The notes beneath the pieces are model-generated. The model did not search any database and was not told the DNA's origin. It saw nothing but the letters and a program-made list of their open reading frames with translations. The translations under genes were made by a program, and so were the position numbers. DNA of 63,067 bases, counting the filler. It is 5 parts of 5 records of this genome, joined end to end, with 100 filler letters (N's around TTAATTAATTAA, not from the genome) between each part and the next. Parts side by side here need not be neighbours in the genome. Positions count along the whole stretch, not along the records: positions 1 to 27,208 come from SRR31156797_11958; positions 27,309 to 35,447 come from SRR31156797_11968; 3 more parts are not named here. One strand, written 5' to 3'. Shown in pieces: positions 22,538 through 33,721 of this stretch (position 1 is its first letter; every line of letters starts with the position of its first letter).

Positions 22538-23713
22538 TTAAGAGAGTGGCAATTTTATTTGAAATTTAGCCCCTTTGTAAAGTTCTTTCTCCTCTTCAAA
22601 CTCTGTATTTGAAACCTCTAAAGTTCCACCAATCTTATCAATAATATTTTTACTCATAAAAAGACCTATTCCTGTACCATCTCGTCCTTTTTTTGTTGTA
22701 AAATAGTTATCAAAAACCTTTTCCATAATATCTTCAGGGATCCCTCCAGCATTGTCATATACTTCTATAAAAATATGCTCTTCATCTTTAAAGATATTGA
22801 TACATAAATATTGTTTTGTTTCTAATTTAAGAAGTTCATCTATAGCATTATTTATAAGATTGATTAACACCTGTACCAATTGGTTTTCAAATCCATAATA
22901 CTCAAATGGTTCAATATTTTTTATAATGATGATCCCATCATTGATCTTAGAAGAGACTAAAAATAGAGTTTTTTCTATCAATTTCACCATTTGAAAGTGG
23001 GTCTTTTTTTTATGATCATTTTTAAAAAACTCTCTAAAATCCATGATCGTTTGGGAAAGGTAATCAACTGAACCTATAATATTTTTCACAGATGTATCTA
23101 CAAAAGCATCATCAAGCTCATTCCTCTCTTTTTTAAGCTCAATCAAACTAGCACTTGCTGTTATAAGTGAGAGTGGCTGTCTCCATTGATGGGCGATATT
23201 TTCTAGCATCTCTCCCATAGTTGCCATTTTTGACTGACGATGGAAAATTCTCTCTTTCTCTATCGCTTCTTTTTCAAGTTTTACCACTTTTTGAACACTT
23301 TGTTTTACCTGAGAGTTGAGATCTTTTTCTAAAGTATGAAGTTTAAGATGGGTCTTTACTCTTGCGATCAATTCACCACTTTGAAAAGGCTTTGATACAT
23401 AATCAACAGCTCCTAGTTCAAACCCTTTGATGATATCTTCTACCGCATCTTTGGCACTTAAAAAAATGATCGGTATATCTTGTGTATTTGGCTTTTTTTT
23501 CAAAACTTCACAGGTTTCAAATCCATCCATCAAAGGCATCATGATATCTAACAGTATCAAATCTACAACTTTTTCATCAACCCTTTGTAAACACTCCTCC
23601 CCATTTTTAGCATATAAAAACTTGCATCCCAATGGTTTGAGGGTACTCATGGCTATTTGTATATTTTCAACAATATCATCAACTATTAAAATCGTCATAT
23701 TCTTGTAATTCAT
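22538..23713 (-). CDS. Hybrid response regulator/histidine kinase (REC-HisKA-HATPase)
   Basis: LILLDIMMP receiver; IAHQWRQPL; DNAGGI; GTGIGL. Confidence 0.93.
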   Translation of the reverse strand: MNYKNMTILIVDDIVENIQIAMSTLKPLGCKFLYAKNGEECLQRVDEKVVDLILLDIMMPLMDGFETCEVLKKKPNTQDIPIIFLSAKDAVEDIIKGFELGAVDYVSKPFQSGELIARVKTHLKLHTLEKDLNSQVKQSVQKVVKLEKEAIEKERIFHRQSKMATMGEMLENIAHQWRQPLSLITASASLIELKKERNELDDAFVDTSVKNIIGSVDYLSQTIMDFREFFKNDHKKKTHFQMVKLIEKTLFLVSSKINDGIIIIKNIEPFEYYGFENQLVQVLINLINNAIDELLKLETKQYLCINIFKDEEHIFIEVYDNAGGIPEDIMEKVFDNYFTTKKGRDGTGIGLFMSKNIIDKIGGTLEVSNTEFEEEKELYKGAKFQIKLPLS

Positions 23714-23857
23714 AAGGCCTCTTTTGTTTAATTCATCTATTTTATCTAATATGAATTACGGTTCAATTACAAAAGTACTCCCCTTTTTTAGGTGTTATTA
23801 ACTTGTAATTGATCTTAGATAAACTTCCCATCTATTAAATAGTAAGGCTATTAATTC

Positions 23858-26800
23858 ATGAATATGAAGAAAATTATTATATTATTATTTTTTCTCATAA
23901 ACACCCTTTTATATTCAAAAGAGATAAAGGTTGGAGTTTTTGATCATCCTCCAATGATCGGAATTGATCAAAAAGGAGATCCTTCTAGTATATTTACAGA
24001 TATATTAAACTACTTATCTGTAAAAAAAGATTGGCAAATAATCTATGTCCCAGGAACTTTTAAAGAACATTTTGAGGGCTTACAAAATAACTCAATTGAT
24101 CTTTTAGTCTCTTTTACCCCATCAAAAGAGAGAATGAAAAACTTCACTTTCAATGAACACCCAGTGATCACAACATGGGCACAACTTTTTAGCTCAAAAG
24201 ATTTCACTATAAGTACTATTAGAGATTTAGATGGAAAAAGAGTTGCTGGGATGGCAAAAGATATCCACTACAAAATGTTCTTAAAAGAGGCTGCAAAAGC
24301 CAAAATTAGTGTACAGCAGGTCTTAACTCCTTCTGATAAAGAAGCATTTGAAGCAGTTCGTGATGGTAAAGCTGATGCTTTGGTTACAGAGTATTTTGCA
24401 AGTACTTTACGTAAAAAAGAGTTTGATTTAAATGAATCACCTTTTATCTTTTATCCCCATCCCAATGCATTTGGAACTATAAAAGGGAATAAAAAAGCGG
24501 AGCAACTTTTAAAAGATATCGATAGTTATTTAAAAGAACAAAGTGGTGATCCAACCTCCCATTATCATCAAAACTTGCGAAAACATTTTGGATCTGCCGT
24601 TTCAATGCAAATGTTACGTTTTTTAAATAAACCTCAACCCAATTTACAAAAGGTTTCTTTACAACTTCAGTGGAAACACCAATTTGAGTTTGCAGGGTTT
24701 TATACCGCACAAGAGTTAGGTTACTATAAAGAGGTAGGCCTAGATGTCACTTTCCATGAATATCAACAAGATATCAACTTAATTGATGAAGTATTAAGCG
24801 GATCAAAAACCTTTGGACTTGACTCTTCTGATGTGATCTTTGAAAGACTCCGTGGAAAGCCTGTGGTGATGCTTGCAAACTATTTAAAAAAATCCCCTTT
24901 AGTGATCATCTCAAAACCTGAGTTTAAAAGCTTAAAAGAGTTAGTAGACAAAAATATCATGATCTCTTCAAAAGATAAAAAAAGTTTAAGTTTACAGCAA
25001 ATGTTTTGGAAAAACAATATTGATATCAATGAGATAGACACTAGCAAGTCTCCATTTAGTTCAGAACAATTTATCAATGGGGAAGTGGATGCAATGACCG
25101 CATATACCATTAATGAACCATATCAACTATTACAAAACTACACCCCTTATAATATTATCGATCCATACGATTATGGAGTAGATCTGTATGATCTTAATAT
25201 CTTTACTTCTGAAAGGTTTTTTAAAAACAATAGACAACTGTGTGAAAAGTTTGTAGAAGCGAGTAATAGAGGGTGGAGATATGCACTTCAAAATCCTATG
25301 GAGATAATTGATTTGATATTACAAAAATATAATTCTCAAAATAAATCTAAAGAAGCTTTTATTTATGAGTTTGAAAAAATCAAAGAGATCATGATGCCAT
25401 CAGTTTTTGATATAGGAAGCATCGATAAATCAAGAGTAGAAACTATCGCCAATAAATTTATTCAAAATGGACTTGTTGATTCTTTGGAAAATCTTCCTGG
25501 CATCATCCCAATAGTGCTAGGGAAAAAGGTTCAGTTTACTTTTGAAGAGCAAAAATGGCTCCAGCAAAACCCTATAATCAACCTAGTGGGTATCAAAGAT
25601 AAAGAGCCCTATTGGATCAATAATGGGAAAGAGGGATTGGTCGTAGACTTTATCAATGAAATATCCAATATCATCGATACCCCTATCAATATCGTTATGA
25701 CAAAACAAGAAGAGATGAAAAAAACCTTAGAGGAAAGAGAAGATATCCATGGAGGAAGTGCCCTTTTAGATCGCCAAACAAAAAAAGAGGAGTTTTTACT
25801 CTCCTCTGCATACTACTCTACACCTATCAATGTGTATGTACGAAACGAAGATCTTCGATCTATAAAAAACACTCAAGACCTACAGGGGAAAACTATCGCC
25901 ATCTTAGATAGTTGTAAAGGTTTTAAAAAATATGCAGAGTCTATTCAAAATGCTACGATCGTTTATGCAAAAAGTGAGCTAGAGCAATTTAATCTTTTAA
26001 AAGATAAAAAAGTTGATGCTGTCCTTGGGTATTTTACCTATGAATATATTCGTAATAAATATAACTACAAGGATCTTAAGATCGCATATAATACCAATCG
26101 ATTTAAAAACTTATATTTTTTAATAAAACCAGAAAATCCACGACTTCTCTCTATTTTAAATAAAGCAATAGAGAAACTCACCCAACAACAAAAATTTTCT
26201 ATTATGAAAAAATGGACACACTTATCACCTACCTCATCAAATCGTCTTATCCAACAACTTCAATTTAGTGATGAAGAGATCGAGTTTTTAAATAAATATC
26301 CTACTATTAAAATAGGGGTTGATTCCAATTGGATGCCTTTTGAACACTTTGATGATAATAATAATTTTGATGGAATGGCCAGTGATTATTACAAATATAT
26401 ATCCAATGAACTTGGGATAGATTTCCAGTTTCAAACATCAATGCCTTGGAGCAACCTAATTGATAGAATCTACCAATCTAAAATAGATCTTATGAGTTTA
26501 CTTGTAAAAACTGATCTAAGAGCAAAAAAAATGCTTTTTACCAAACCCCTTTTAAAACTCCCTATAATGATCATGGGTCGACAAGATCAAGATTTTATTG
26601 AGGGCTTAAATGATCTAAAAAACAAAGAAGTTGGGGTGGTCAAAGGATATTACACTGATGATATTTTAAAGACAAACCATCCTGAAATAAAAAGAATCTA
26701 TTTTAGCTCCATTAAAGAGGGTGTAAAAGCATTATCACAAGGGGAGATAAATTATTTTATCCAAGAACTTCCCTCTTTAAACTATATAGTAAAACAAGAA

Positions 26801-27208
26801 TCGATCACCAATTTAAAGATACTAGGAAAAACTGATGAAAAATTTGAATTATGTATTGGAGTAAGACAAGACTGGCCCCAAATGCTCTCTATTTTAAATA
26901 AAATAATAGAGTTTATGCCTGAGTCAAAACATTCTGAAATCTATAATAGATGGGTTGGGATTGATCTTAAAAGTACCTTTGATTATACACTGTTTTGGAA
27001 AATTACAGGCGTAACTCTCACTATTTTTCTTTTTATACTTTATTGGAATAGAAGATTAGCACAAGAGGTAAAAGTACGTAGAGAAACTGAGGAGAGATTA
27101 AAACTAGCAGAAAAAACAGCAAAAGAGCTTCATGAAAAAGCACTCCATGCAAGTAATGCAAAAGGGGATTTTCTTGCAAATATGTCCCATGAGATACGAA
27201 CTCCTATG
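23858..27208 (+). CDS. Multi-SBP sensor histidine kinase, truncated at contig end
   Basis: SBP3 + NMT1 ([15 protein letters not shown]) + 2 SBP3 + TM + [13 protein letters not shown], then N gap. Confidence 0.9.
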
Positions 27209-27308
27209 NNNNNNNNNNNNNNNNNNNNNNNNNNNNNNNNNNNNNNNNNNNNTTAATTAATTAANNNNNNNNNNNNNNNNNNNNNNNNNNNNNNNNNNNN
27301 NNNNNNNN
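27209..27308. other. Artificial contig spacer
   Basis: 44 N + TTAATTAATTAA + 44 N; gene style changes across it. Confidence 0.98.
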
Positions 27309-27361
27309 GTTTAACCGCTTTTTATATCTTTAATTTTTTAAATCTGTTTCAATATATTTTT

Positions 27362-28471
27362 TTATTCTAAACAGAAAGTTTGAGTTTGAAACCCAGCAAA
27401 AATGCCCACACCGTTTTCAATATTACTGTAAATTATTACCGGGGGGGCATTTATTTCTTCGCGATTGGAAAGTTGTAATGAAAAATCTTTCAAAAAAAAG
27501 TAATAATCGCTGCTTAGTTCGCTAAATTCCAGCCATCTTTCCAATTGAGGTCGATATTCGTCATTGGAACTGTAATAAATCTCGGCATTTTGTTGATTTG
27601 TTTCGTTCATCAATAATATAGAATAATCGTTTGGTGCATGATAAAAGATAGGTTGTTCTGAAATACATCCTCCCGAATATATGAGGGAGGGAGGTTTGTA
27701 ATTAAGTTGGTCACATACTGCGTACTCTTCCAAAGTATTTTGTACAAAATACCAGTAATTGAAGTTTTCTTCTTGGGAAAGTAATTCCTGAACTTTTTCA
27801 ACCACATTGTAACTGTATAGTATTTGACCTTCTAAGGCTTTTAGTTTAGTGATGGTGGTATCTGAGATAAATTTGTTTTCTTTTATTTTTTCAACAACCT
27901 CATGATTGATACAATAAATGTTATAGCCTGTTGTCGGATCGAAATATTTTAATCTGATACATGCAAAATATTCATTTGCGTTTTGTGGAAATATTTTAAA
28001 ATTGATTTTATTGAACGTATAACTTATATTGTTGTCAATTTGCACCGGTCCGAGATTTCTGGTTAATACCCAATCTGAGATTTCTGTTTTGAGAGGCACA
28101 TAACTTTTTGCTGTAATCGTTTCATATCCTTCTACATTTACCGTTAGTTTATAAATTTCTCCTTGAATTGGTGTTTCTTCAATTTGGTATATTCCTTTTT
28201 TTGAATGATTCAAATGTAAGGTATTCCCCGATTCATCTTGAATAGTAACTTTTGCGTTTTCAATTCCTGTATTTTGTCCTGTACTGTCGATATGATAGGT
28301 AAAATAAACCTTAGCTTCCCAAAAAGTATCGGGAGAAAAAAAACAGTTTACAGCAACCTGATTCTCAATATTTGGCACCTTTATATCAAAATCTCTTAAA
28401 CATGCGTTTAAGACAATACCAGCAATAATTAATATAAGATTTAGTTTTCGCGTATTTGAAAAATTTATCAT
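27362..28471 (-). CDS. DUF4249 family lipoprotein
   Basis: LNAC lipobox; C-terminal YSNIENGVGIFAG; coupled to TonB receptor. Confidence 0.85.
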   Translation of the reverse strand: MINFSNTRKLNLILIIAGIVLNACLRDFDIKVPNIENQVAVNCFFSPDTFWEAKVYFTYHIDSTGQNTGIENAKVTIQDESGNTLHLNHSKKGIYQIEETPIQGEIYKLTVNVEGYETITAKSYVPLKTEISDWVLTRNLGPVQIDNNISYTFNKINFKIFPQNANEYFACIRLKYFDPTTGYNIYCINHEVVEKIKENKFISDTTITKLKALEGQILYSYNVVEKVQELLSQEENFNYWYFVQNTLEEYAVCDQLNYKPPSLIYSGGCISEQPIFYHAPNDYSILLMNETNQQNAEIYYSSNDEYRPQLERWLEFSELSSDYYFFLKDFSLQLSNREEINAPPVIIYSNIENGVGIFAGFQTQTFCLE

Positions 28472-28472
28472 G

Positions 28473-30974
28473 TTAATTAATTTTTATCCTGTAACTAATC
28501 GATGGTAATATTCCGAAAAAGGAAAAATTTTTATATTCTCCTACGCCCTTTTCTGAGGTGTGAAACGCTTCATCGTGTGTTTTGTAAGTCAGGAAGAACG
28601 GATTGTTTCGGTTGTATACATTATAAACAGAAATGTTCCAAATTCTTTCTCCAAATTTTTTCTTTTTTCTGAAGTCAATTCCGAAATTAAGCCGGTGATA
28701 GGCAGGTAGCCTGTAATTGTTGATTCCACTGTAATAAATGGCTTTTCCTTGTCCACGGGCAGGATTATAGACTCCTAAATAATCCTCTAGAGTACTTGCG
28801 AGGCTGATATTCTTATAAGAATCTTCTCCATCAAATACAGTCTCTGACAAAGTTACTGGAGCCCCCGAAGCAAGCACCCATGAAACTGAAATGTCAATAT
28901 TATTGTTTAATTTATGAGATAAAATGATGTTTAACCGATGTCGGGTATCGTACTTATATGGGAAAAATTTTGCATTGTTTAGTTCCTTAAACTGACGGAA
29001 CGCCCACGATAAGTTATATCCAATCCAACCAGTACTTTTACCCTCATTCTTTTTCAATAATGCTTCAAGCCCGTATCCCAATCCTTTTCCTTTGGTTACT
29101 TTGTTTTCCCAATTGTTGCTTAAATGAAAAAATGACTCACCGTTACGGTAATTAAGTACTCCATTTATGGTTTTCCAGTAAACCTCGGTACTAAATTCCC
29201 ACGAAGTGGCAAACGAATAATAGACTCCAGTTTCTACTTGATGCGAAACGGAGGGATTAAATGCTTTTACAGCAGGTACCCAAATATCTACCGGATAACT
29301 TGCCGAGTTATTGACAAGTAAATGTAAGGGTTGAACCATTTTAGAGTAAGCAGTTTTAACGGATAAGGAATTAGAAATTATAAAATTTCCAAGAACACGG
29401 GGTTGAATAGTTATTGTATTATTTCCCTCACTTGTATAAAATAATCCGTTTAGTCCAAAATTAATCGAAAACCAATTATTTAGTTTTAAATGATTCTCGA
29501 TATAGCCAGAGAATTCATTGGTATTGATTTTATTACTAAAAAGAACCTGCTGATTTTCATCTCCTTCTGACGAACGAAAAAATCTACTATGTTTTCCGGG
29601 CAAATAAAAATTGAATAAAGCTTTTCCTCCAAATTTCATGGAATAGTTTGGTGAGAAATAATAATCGAAATCGAAAGCGGCACCTAGATTTTCAATACCT
29701 GATGAATTACGATTTCTTGAGGCATATGAAACGGTATCGTAAATAGATTTTTCGTTTGTATTGTAATCGGTTTCATAATAGTATTTATATGTTGAATAAG
29801 TAAATGTTGAGTTTGCGAAAAATTTAGAGTTTATGATTTTGTTCCATCGCAGCGAAGAAGTAAAATTTCCCCACTTGTTTTTAAAAATGCTGGTATAATT
29901 TATATTTTCCTGATAATCGTGTCCTCCTAATGATACTTTTTCAATCCGTTCTATTTTTTCTTTAGTATATAATTTATCACTACCTATATAAGCACTTAAG
30001 TATAGTCGATCAGTTTTGGAAATAATAAAGTTTATTTTAGCGTTCAAGTCATAAAAATAATATCCGTTCCAATTTTTAGCAGTGGTTTCATTGTCATGGT
30101 AAACAAAAAGTCTTTTTATTGGTGTATAAAAGAGGTCGGCGTAAGTTCTTCGGGCAGAAATAAGAAATGAAGACTTTCCTTTTTTTATAGGGCCTTCTAT
30201 AAGAGCTTTAGCAGCTATAGTTCCAATAGTTAAATCATATTTCGTGTCATATAAATTTCCTTCCCTTAAACGAATATCGAGCACCGAAGATAACCGGCCA
30301 CTATATCGGGCAGGGAAGCCTCCTTTGTAAACATCAACACTTTTAACTGCTTCAGGTGTAAAAACTGAAAAAATACCCCATAAATGATTGACATTATAAA
30401 CTGGTACTCCATCGAGTAAAATAAGATTTTGTCCGCGATCTCCACCTCTAACATATATTCCCGAAGAGCCTTCTTTACCTTGTTGTATTCCTGGCATAAG
30501 CTGTAAACTCTTCAAAATATCCCTTTCTCCAAACATGCTGGGGATAGCTTCCAACACTTTTCCTGTTAAAAAGATATTACCTGTGGTTTTATTGATGGTA
30601 TGTAATTGGTTTTTTTTTGCATAAATCGCAACCTCTTCAACCACATTATCGCTCTCGAGCTGGATGTTAATAGAGGTATCTTTTTCCGATATAATTTTTA
30701 GACTCTGGTTTTTGTAACCAACATATGATATGTTTAAATTAATAATATTACCAGTTGCAGAAATGCTAAAAAATCCATATGAATTTGTTAACGCTCCTTT
30801 ATGTTTTTCCTTTTCAATAATATGGGCATTAACCAATGCCTCACCGCTTTCTTTGTCTTTCACAAATCCACTAATTTGTATTTTTTGTGCTGATGAGAAT
30901 ATACATGTAAATAATAAAGTGATTAATAATAGAATAATCCTTGAAGACTGTTTGAGTTTAAAGTGGCTTAACAT
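28473..30974 (-). CDS. TonB-dependent outer membrane receptor
   Basis: CarboxypepD_reg-like N-terminus, plug YVRGG..GQNLILLDGVPVYN, GRLSSVLDI, C-terminal LPSISY. Confidence 0.93.
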   Translation of the reverse strand: MLSHFKLKQSSRIILLLITLLFTCIFSSAQKIQISGFVKDKESGEALVNAHIIEKEKHKGALTNSYGFFSISATGNIINLNISYVGYKNQSLKIISEKDTSINIQLESDNVVEEVAIYAKKNQLHTINKTTGNIFLTGKVLEAIPSMFGERDILKSLQLMPGIQQGKEGSSGIYVRGGDRGQNLILLDGVPVYNVNHLWGIFSVFTPEAVKSVDVYKGGFPARYSGRLSSVLDIRLREGNLYDTKYDLTIGTIAAKALIEGPIKKGKSSFLISARRTYADLFYTPIKRLFVYHDNETTAKNWNGYYFYDLNAKINFIISKTDRLYLSAYIGSDKLYTKEKIERIEKVSLGGHDYQENINYTSIFKNKWGNFTSSLRWNKIINSKFFANSTFTYSTYKYYYETDYNTNEKSIYDTVSYASRNRNSSGIENLGAAFDFDYYFSPNYSMKFGGKALFNFYLPGKHSRFFRSSEGDENQQVLFSNKINTNEFSGYIENHLKLNNWFSINFGLNGLFYTSEGNNTITIQPRVLGNFIISNSLSVKTAYSKMVQPLHLLVNNSASYPVDIWVPAVKAFNPSVSHQVETGVYYSFATSWEFSTEVYWKTINGVLNYRNGESFFHLSNNWENKVTKGKGLGYGLEALLKKNEGKSTGWIGYNLSWAFRQFKELNNAKFFPYKYDTRHRLNIILSHKLNNNIDISVSWVLASGAPVTLSETVFDGEDSYKNISLASTLEDYLGVYNPARGQGKAIYYSGINNYRLPAYHRLNFGIDFRKKKKFGERIWNISVYNVYNRNNPFFLTYKTHDEAFHTSEKGVGEYKNFSFFGILPSISYRIKIN

Positions 30975-31011
30975 TTCTAGGCAATGGAATTTAAAGGTTT
31001 ATTAAAAGAAC

Positions 31012-31042
31012 AAAAAACCCCCGGAAATATTTTCCGGGGTTA
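31012..31042 (-). terminator. Rho-independent terminator
   Basis: CCCCGGAAA/TTTCCGGGG stem followed by a T run on the minus strand. Confidence 0.7.
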
Positions 31043-31224
31043 ATAAAAAACATATTAATCTTGATAAGTTATTGTCTTCCAAAAAATACAACTGCCACAT
31101 CCATTATCGTGTAATCTGTTCGAACGGAATGTAGATGTATAATCATAAATAAACAAGTCACTAACATTTGGATTGGTTGTAAGGAAATATTGATTGGCAT
31201 AATATACATAAACTGAATTTCTTA

Positions 31225-31266
31225 AAAATGCCAGTTATAAGTTGTTAATCTTATAACCAGCATTTT
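31225..31266 (-). terminator. Terminator after T9SS protease gene
   Basis: AAAATGC..GTTATAAG / CTTATAAC..GCATTTT imperfect inverted repeat. Confidence 0.65.
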
Positions 31267-31281
31267 ATTAAAAGTAAATTC

Positions 31282-33714
31282 CTATTTCTTAACCAACTTT
31301 TGTATAAGATTATAATCCCCGGCCTTTGCATTAATTACATATGTTCCTGAAGCCAAGTTATTTAAGTCTATAGTTTCATGATTTGAAGAAGTTGTATTTT
31401 TTAATAATACTTTTCCATTTAAATCAATCACTTTATATTCCAAGGGAAAATCATCTCCTGAAAAATTAATGGTGACGTTATTTGAAAATGGATTTGGATA
31501 AACTTTAATTTTTACATTCTCCCCTTCAATGTTACGAACTGTCATCGCATCTTCTGAAATAATTGCTGATTTATTATTATCTCTAAAACAGTGTGTAAAT
31601 GAATCATACGTGTGATTATTTCCGAAACAATCGGTTGATATAACTATTACTCTGAAATAAGTGGTATTTGGATCTGCACCGCTACCATCCCATGCATTAA
31701 CAACACCATTTTCATATACAGGCTGATTAGTGGCAGAGTATACAAGAGCGTTATATTGTGTGTATACATATATGTCATACTCAGACATAAATGCCTGCCG
31801 AAACGCCCAATAATCTAGATATCCATCTGCATCAGGGAAAAATACATTGTTTGCATTAATACAATAATTACCACATCCTCTATCGGGCTCACTCATCAGT
31901 TCAGCATCAATTCCGGCGTAAAATTCTGCACCTTTTTCCACTTCAAAGCCCCCGTTCAAGTGAACATTCAAACCAGCTTCAAATGAATAAGAACCACTTT
32001 TTAATGCCAAAAGAGTATTTGGATCAGGTTCGGCAAATAATTCATACCGGCTTTTTGCAGTATTTCCGGGTATATCCATTGGCGTTTTTAATGTTATTAC
32101 ATCCTGCATGCCACAGGGGTAGCAACTTTCTCCACCGCAATCAATACCTGTTTCATCGTAATTTTGAATACAGTCTCCACAATGTGTTAGTGGTGTTGGC
32201 TGGATTGGATTTGAACTAGCAGCTTCACCGACATAGTTAGGGTCAATATATGAAGTAAGATAAAAATATAAATGATCAAATCTACCACATGTTGTATGAT
32301 TTGAGTTATTCTCTTGACCTATTGTGCTGCAATCACCCGTACCTGTGCATAGCCAACCTACAATTTGTTTATTTGAATTAAATATTGGTGAACCAGAAAA
32401 ACCATGTTCAGTTACACCTAAATCAAAATATAAACCGAAATTATCAGAATTTGCCCAAGCCCTAGAATTTTCCACATTCACTTTTTTAACTGTATTCTTA
32501 GGATGGCCAATCGCAGCATATCCATTGTTCAAAAAATTTGGACTTGAAGTCCATCCGGCATAAAGGATATTATACCTAGCCAATCTATCAACATTTCTTG
32601 ACGGTTGAATAATTGCATAATCATCGTTTTCATGATATATTCCTACACCAGGATTAAAAGAGATTCCTAGAATAGGACTTGAAAATGAACCACCTAATGG
32701 CTTACCATATCTTATTGTGGTTTCATTTTCAACTTTATTTTCATAATCTACTATAACATCAATTGAAGTATAATTATTACTTATATCGTAATATAGATTA
32801 GAAGCAACTTCTGGTGCAAATAAATGACCACATGTAAGAATAATTGGATAATCCGTTCCTGAATATCCACCCTCTTTATTTAGAAAAGAACAAGTCCCAG
32901 TTGAAACAAGATTTTGATTGTTATAAACAAACGGAATTCTAATATATCCAACTGATTTTGCCTCACTGCCCCAATCACCAATATTAGTGCTTACGACATC
33001 ATTTTGACAAGGTAGTGGAAGATCGTTCGGATTCTCATAGTAGCCGCTTTTTAATTTAATAGAATCATTTTTCTCTTTTTTTTTCTCTTTTTTACTTTTT
33101 ATTAAAGCCTGTCCAAATCCTCCTGCATATCCATAAATAATACTATTTATAATATAATTTCTATCCTCCTTTATCCCTTTGGGTTCAAAATACTCCAAAA
33201 CCATTTTTATATTATCAACATTCTCATTTAAACCATGCTCTTTTATCCGTTCAGGTATTTCTTCATGTATGTACGTTTCCGGTTCCTGCATCTCATAAGG
33301 ATATTTCCCAGGGATAACACTAAAATAACATCCAGGTAATACGTCAAAATCATTAATGTGTATACCTAGGACATTGGCTGTAGGGCTTTCAATTGTGTAT
33401 ACCCAAAGATTTCCGTTTTCTAATTCAAAGAATTCGGCATTCTGTTTAAAATCGATCAAAGTGTCCATAGTGAATCCATAAGCAAAGACACTCTCTATTT
33501 CGTCTAGTCCTTTTCCGTTATTATTTACTCTACACAATGAATCATTGTTATAAGAAGGAAGCAAAAGAGAATGTAACTCATCATATTTTACTAAATTCTT
33601 GTATTTTTCCGTTAATGAGAAAGGTATAATTTCTCCCCATTTATCATAAACAAATTGTGCTTTAATTTGCAATGTAACAAGCACAATAAATAATATTAAA
33701 TATATTTTTTTCAT
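31282..33714 (-). CDS. Secreted trypsin-like (S1, lysyl endopeptidase-like) serine protease with T9SS C-terminal domain
   Basis: Triad LTCGH / DDYAII / GFSGSP; DETGIDCGG motif; VYPNPF...LASGTY...KLVKK CTD. Confidence 0.85.
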   Translation of the reverse strand: MKKIYLILFIVLVTLQIKAQFVYDKWGEIIPFSLTEKYKNLVKYDELHSLLLPSYNNDSLCRVNNNGKGLDEIESVFAYGFTMDTLIDFKQNAEFFELENGNLWVYTIESPTANVLGIHINDFDVLPGCYFSVIPGKYPYEMQEPETYIHEEIPERIKEHGLNENVDNIKMVLEYFEPKGIKEDRNYIINSIIYGYAGGFGQALIKSKKEKKKEKNDSIKLKSGYYENPNDLPLPCQNDVVSTNIGDWGSEAKSVGYIRIPFVYNNQNLVSTGTCSFLNKEGGYSGTDYPIILTCGHLFAPEVASNLYYDISNNYTSIDVIVDYENKVENETTIRYGKPLGGSFSSPILGISFNPGVGIYHENDDYAIIQPSRNVDRLARYNILYAGWTSSPNFLNNGYAAIGHPKNTVKKVNVENSRAWANSDNFGLYFDLGVTEHGFSGSPIFNSNKQIVGWLCTGTGDCSTIGQENNSNHTTCGRFDHLYFYLTSYIDPNYVGEAASSNPIQPTPLTHCGDCIQNYDETGIDCGGESCYPCGMQDVITLKTPMDIPGNTAKSRYELFAEPDPNTLLALKSGSYSFEAGLNVHLNGGFEVEKGAEFYAGIDAELMSEPDRGCGNYCINANNVFFPDADGYLDYWAFRQAFMSEYDIYVYTQYNALVYSATNQPVYENGVVNAWDGSGADPNTTYFRVIVISTDCFGNNHTYDSFTHCFRDNNKSAIISEDAMTVRNIEGENVKIKVYPNPFSNNVTINFSGDDFPLEYKVIDLNGKVLLKNTTSSNHETIDLNNLASGTYVINAKAGDYNLIQKLVKK

Positions 33715-33721
33715 GAGTCTT

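Noticed and set aside
27253-27264. TTAATTAATTAA palindrome recurring four times
   Set aside because: Artificial six-frame stop linker inside N spacers.
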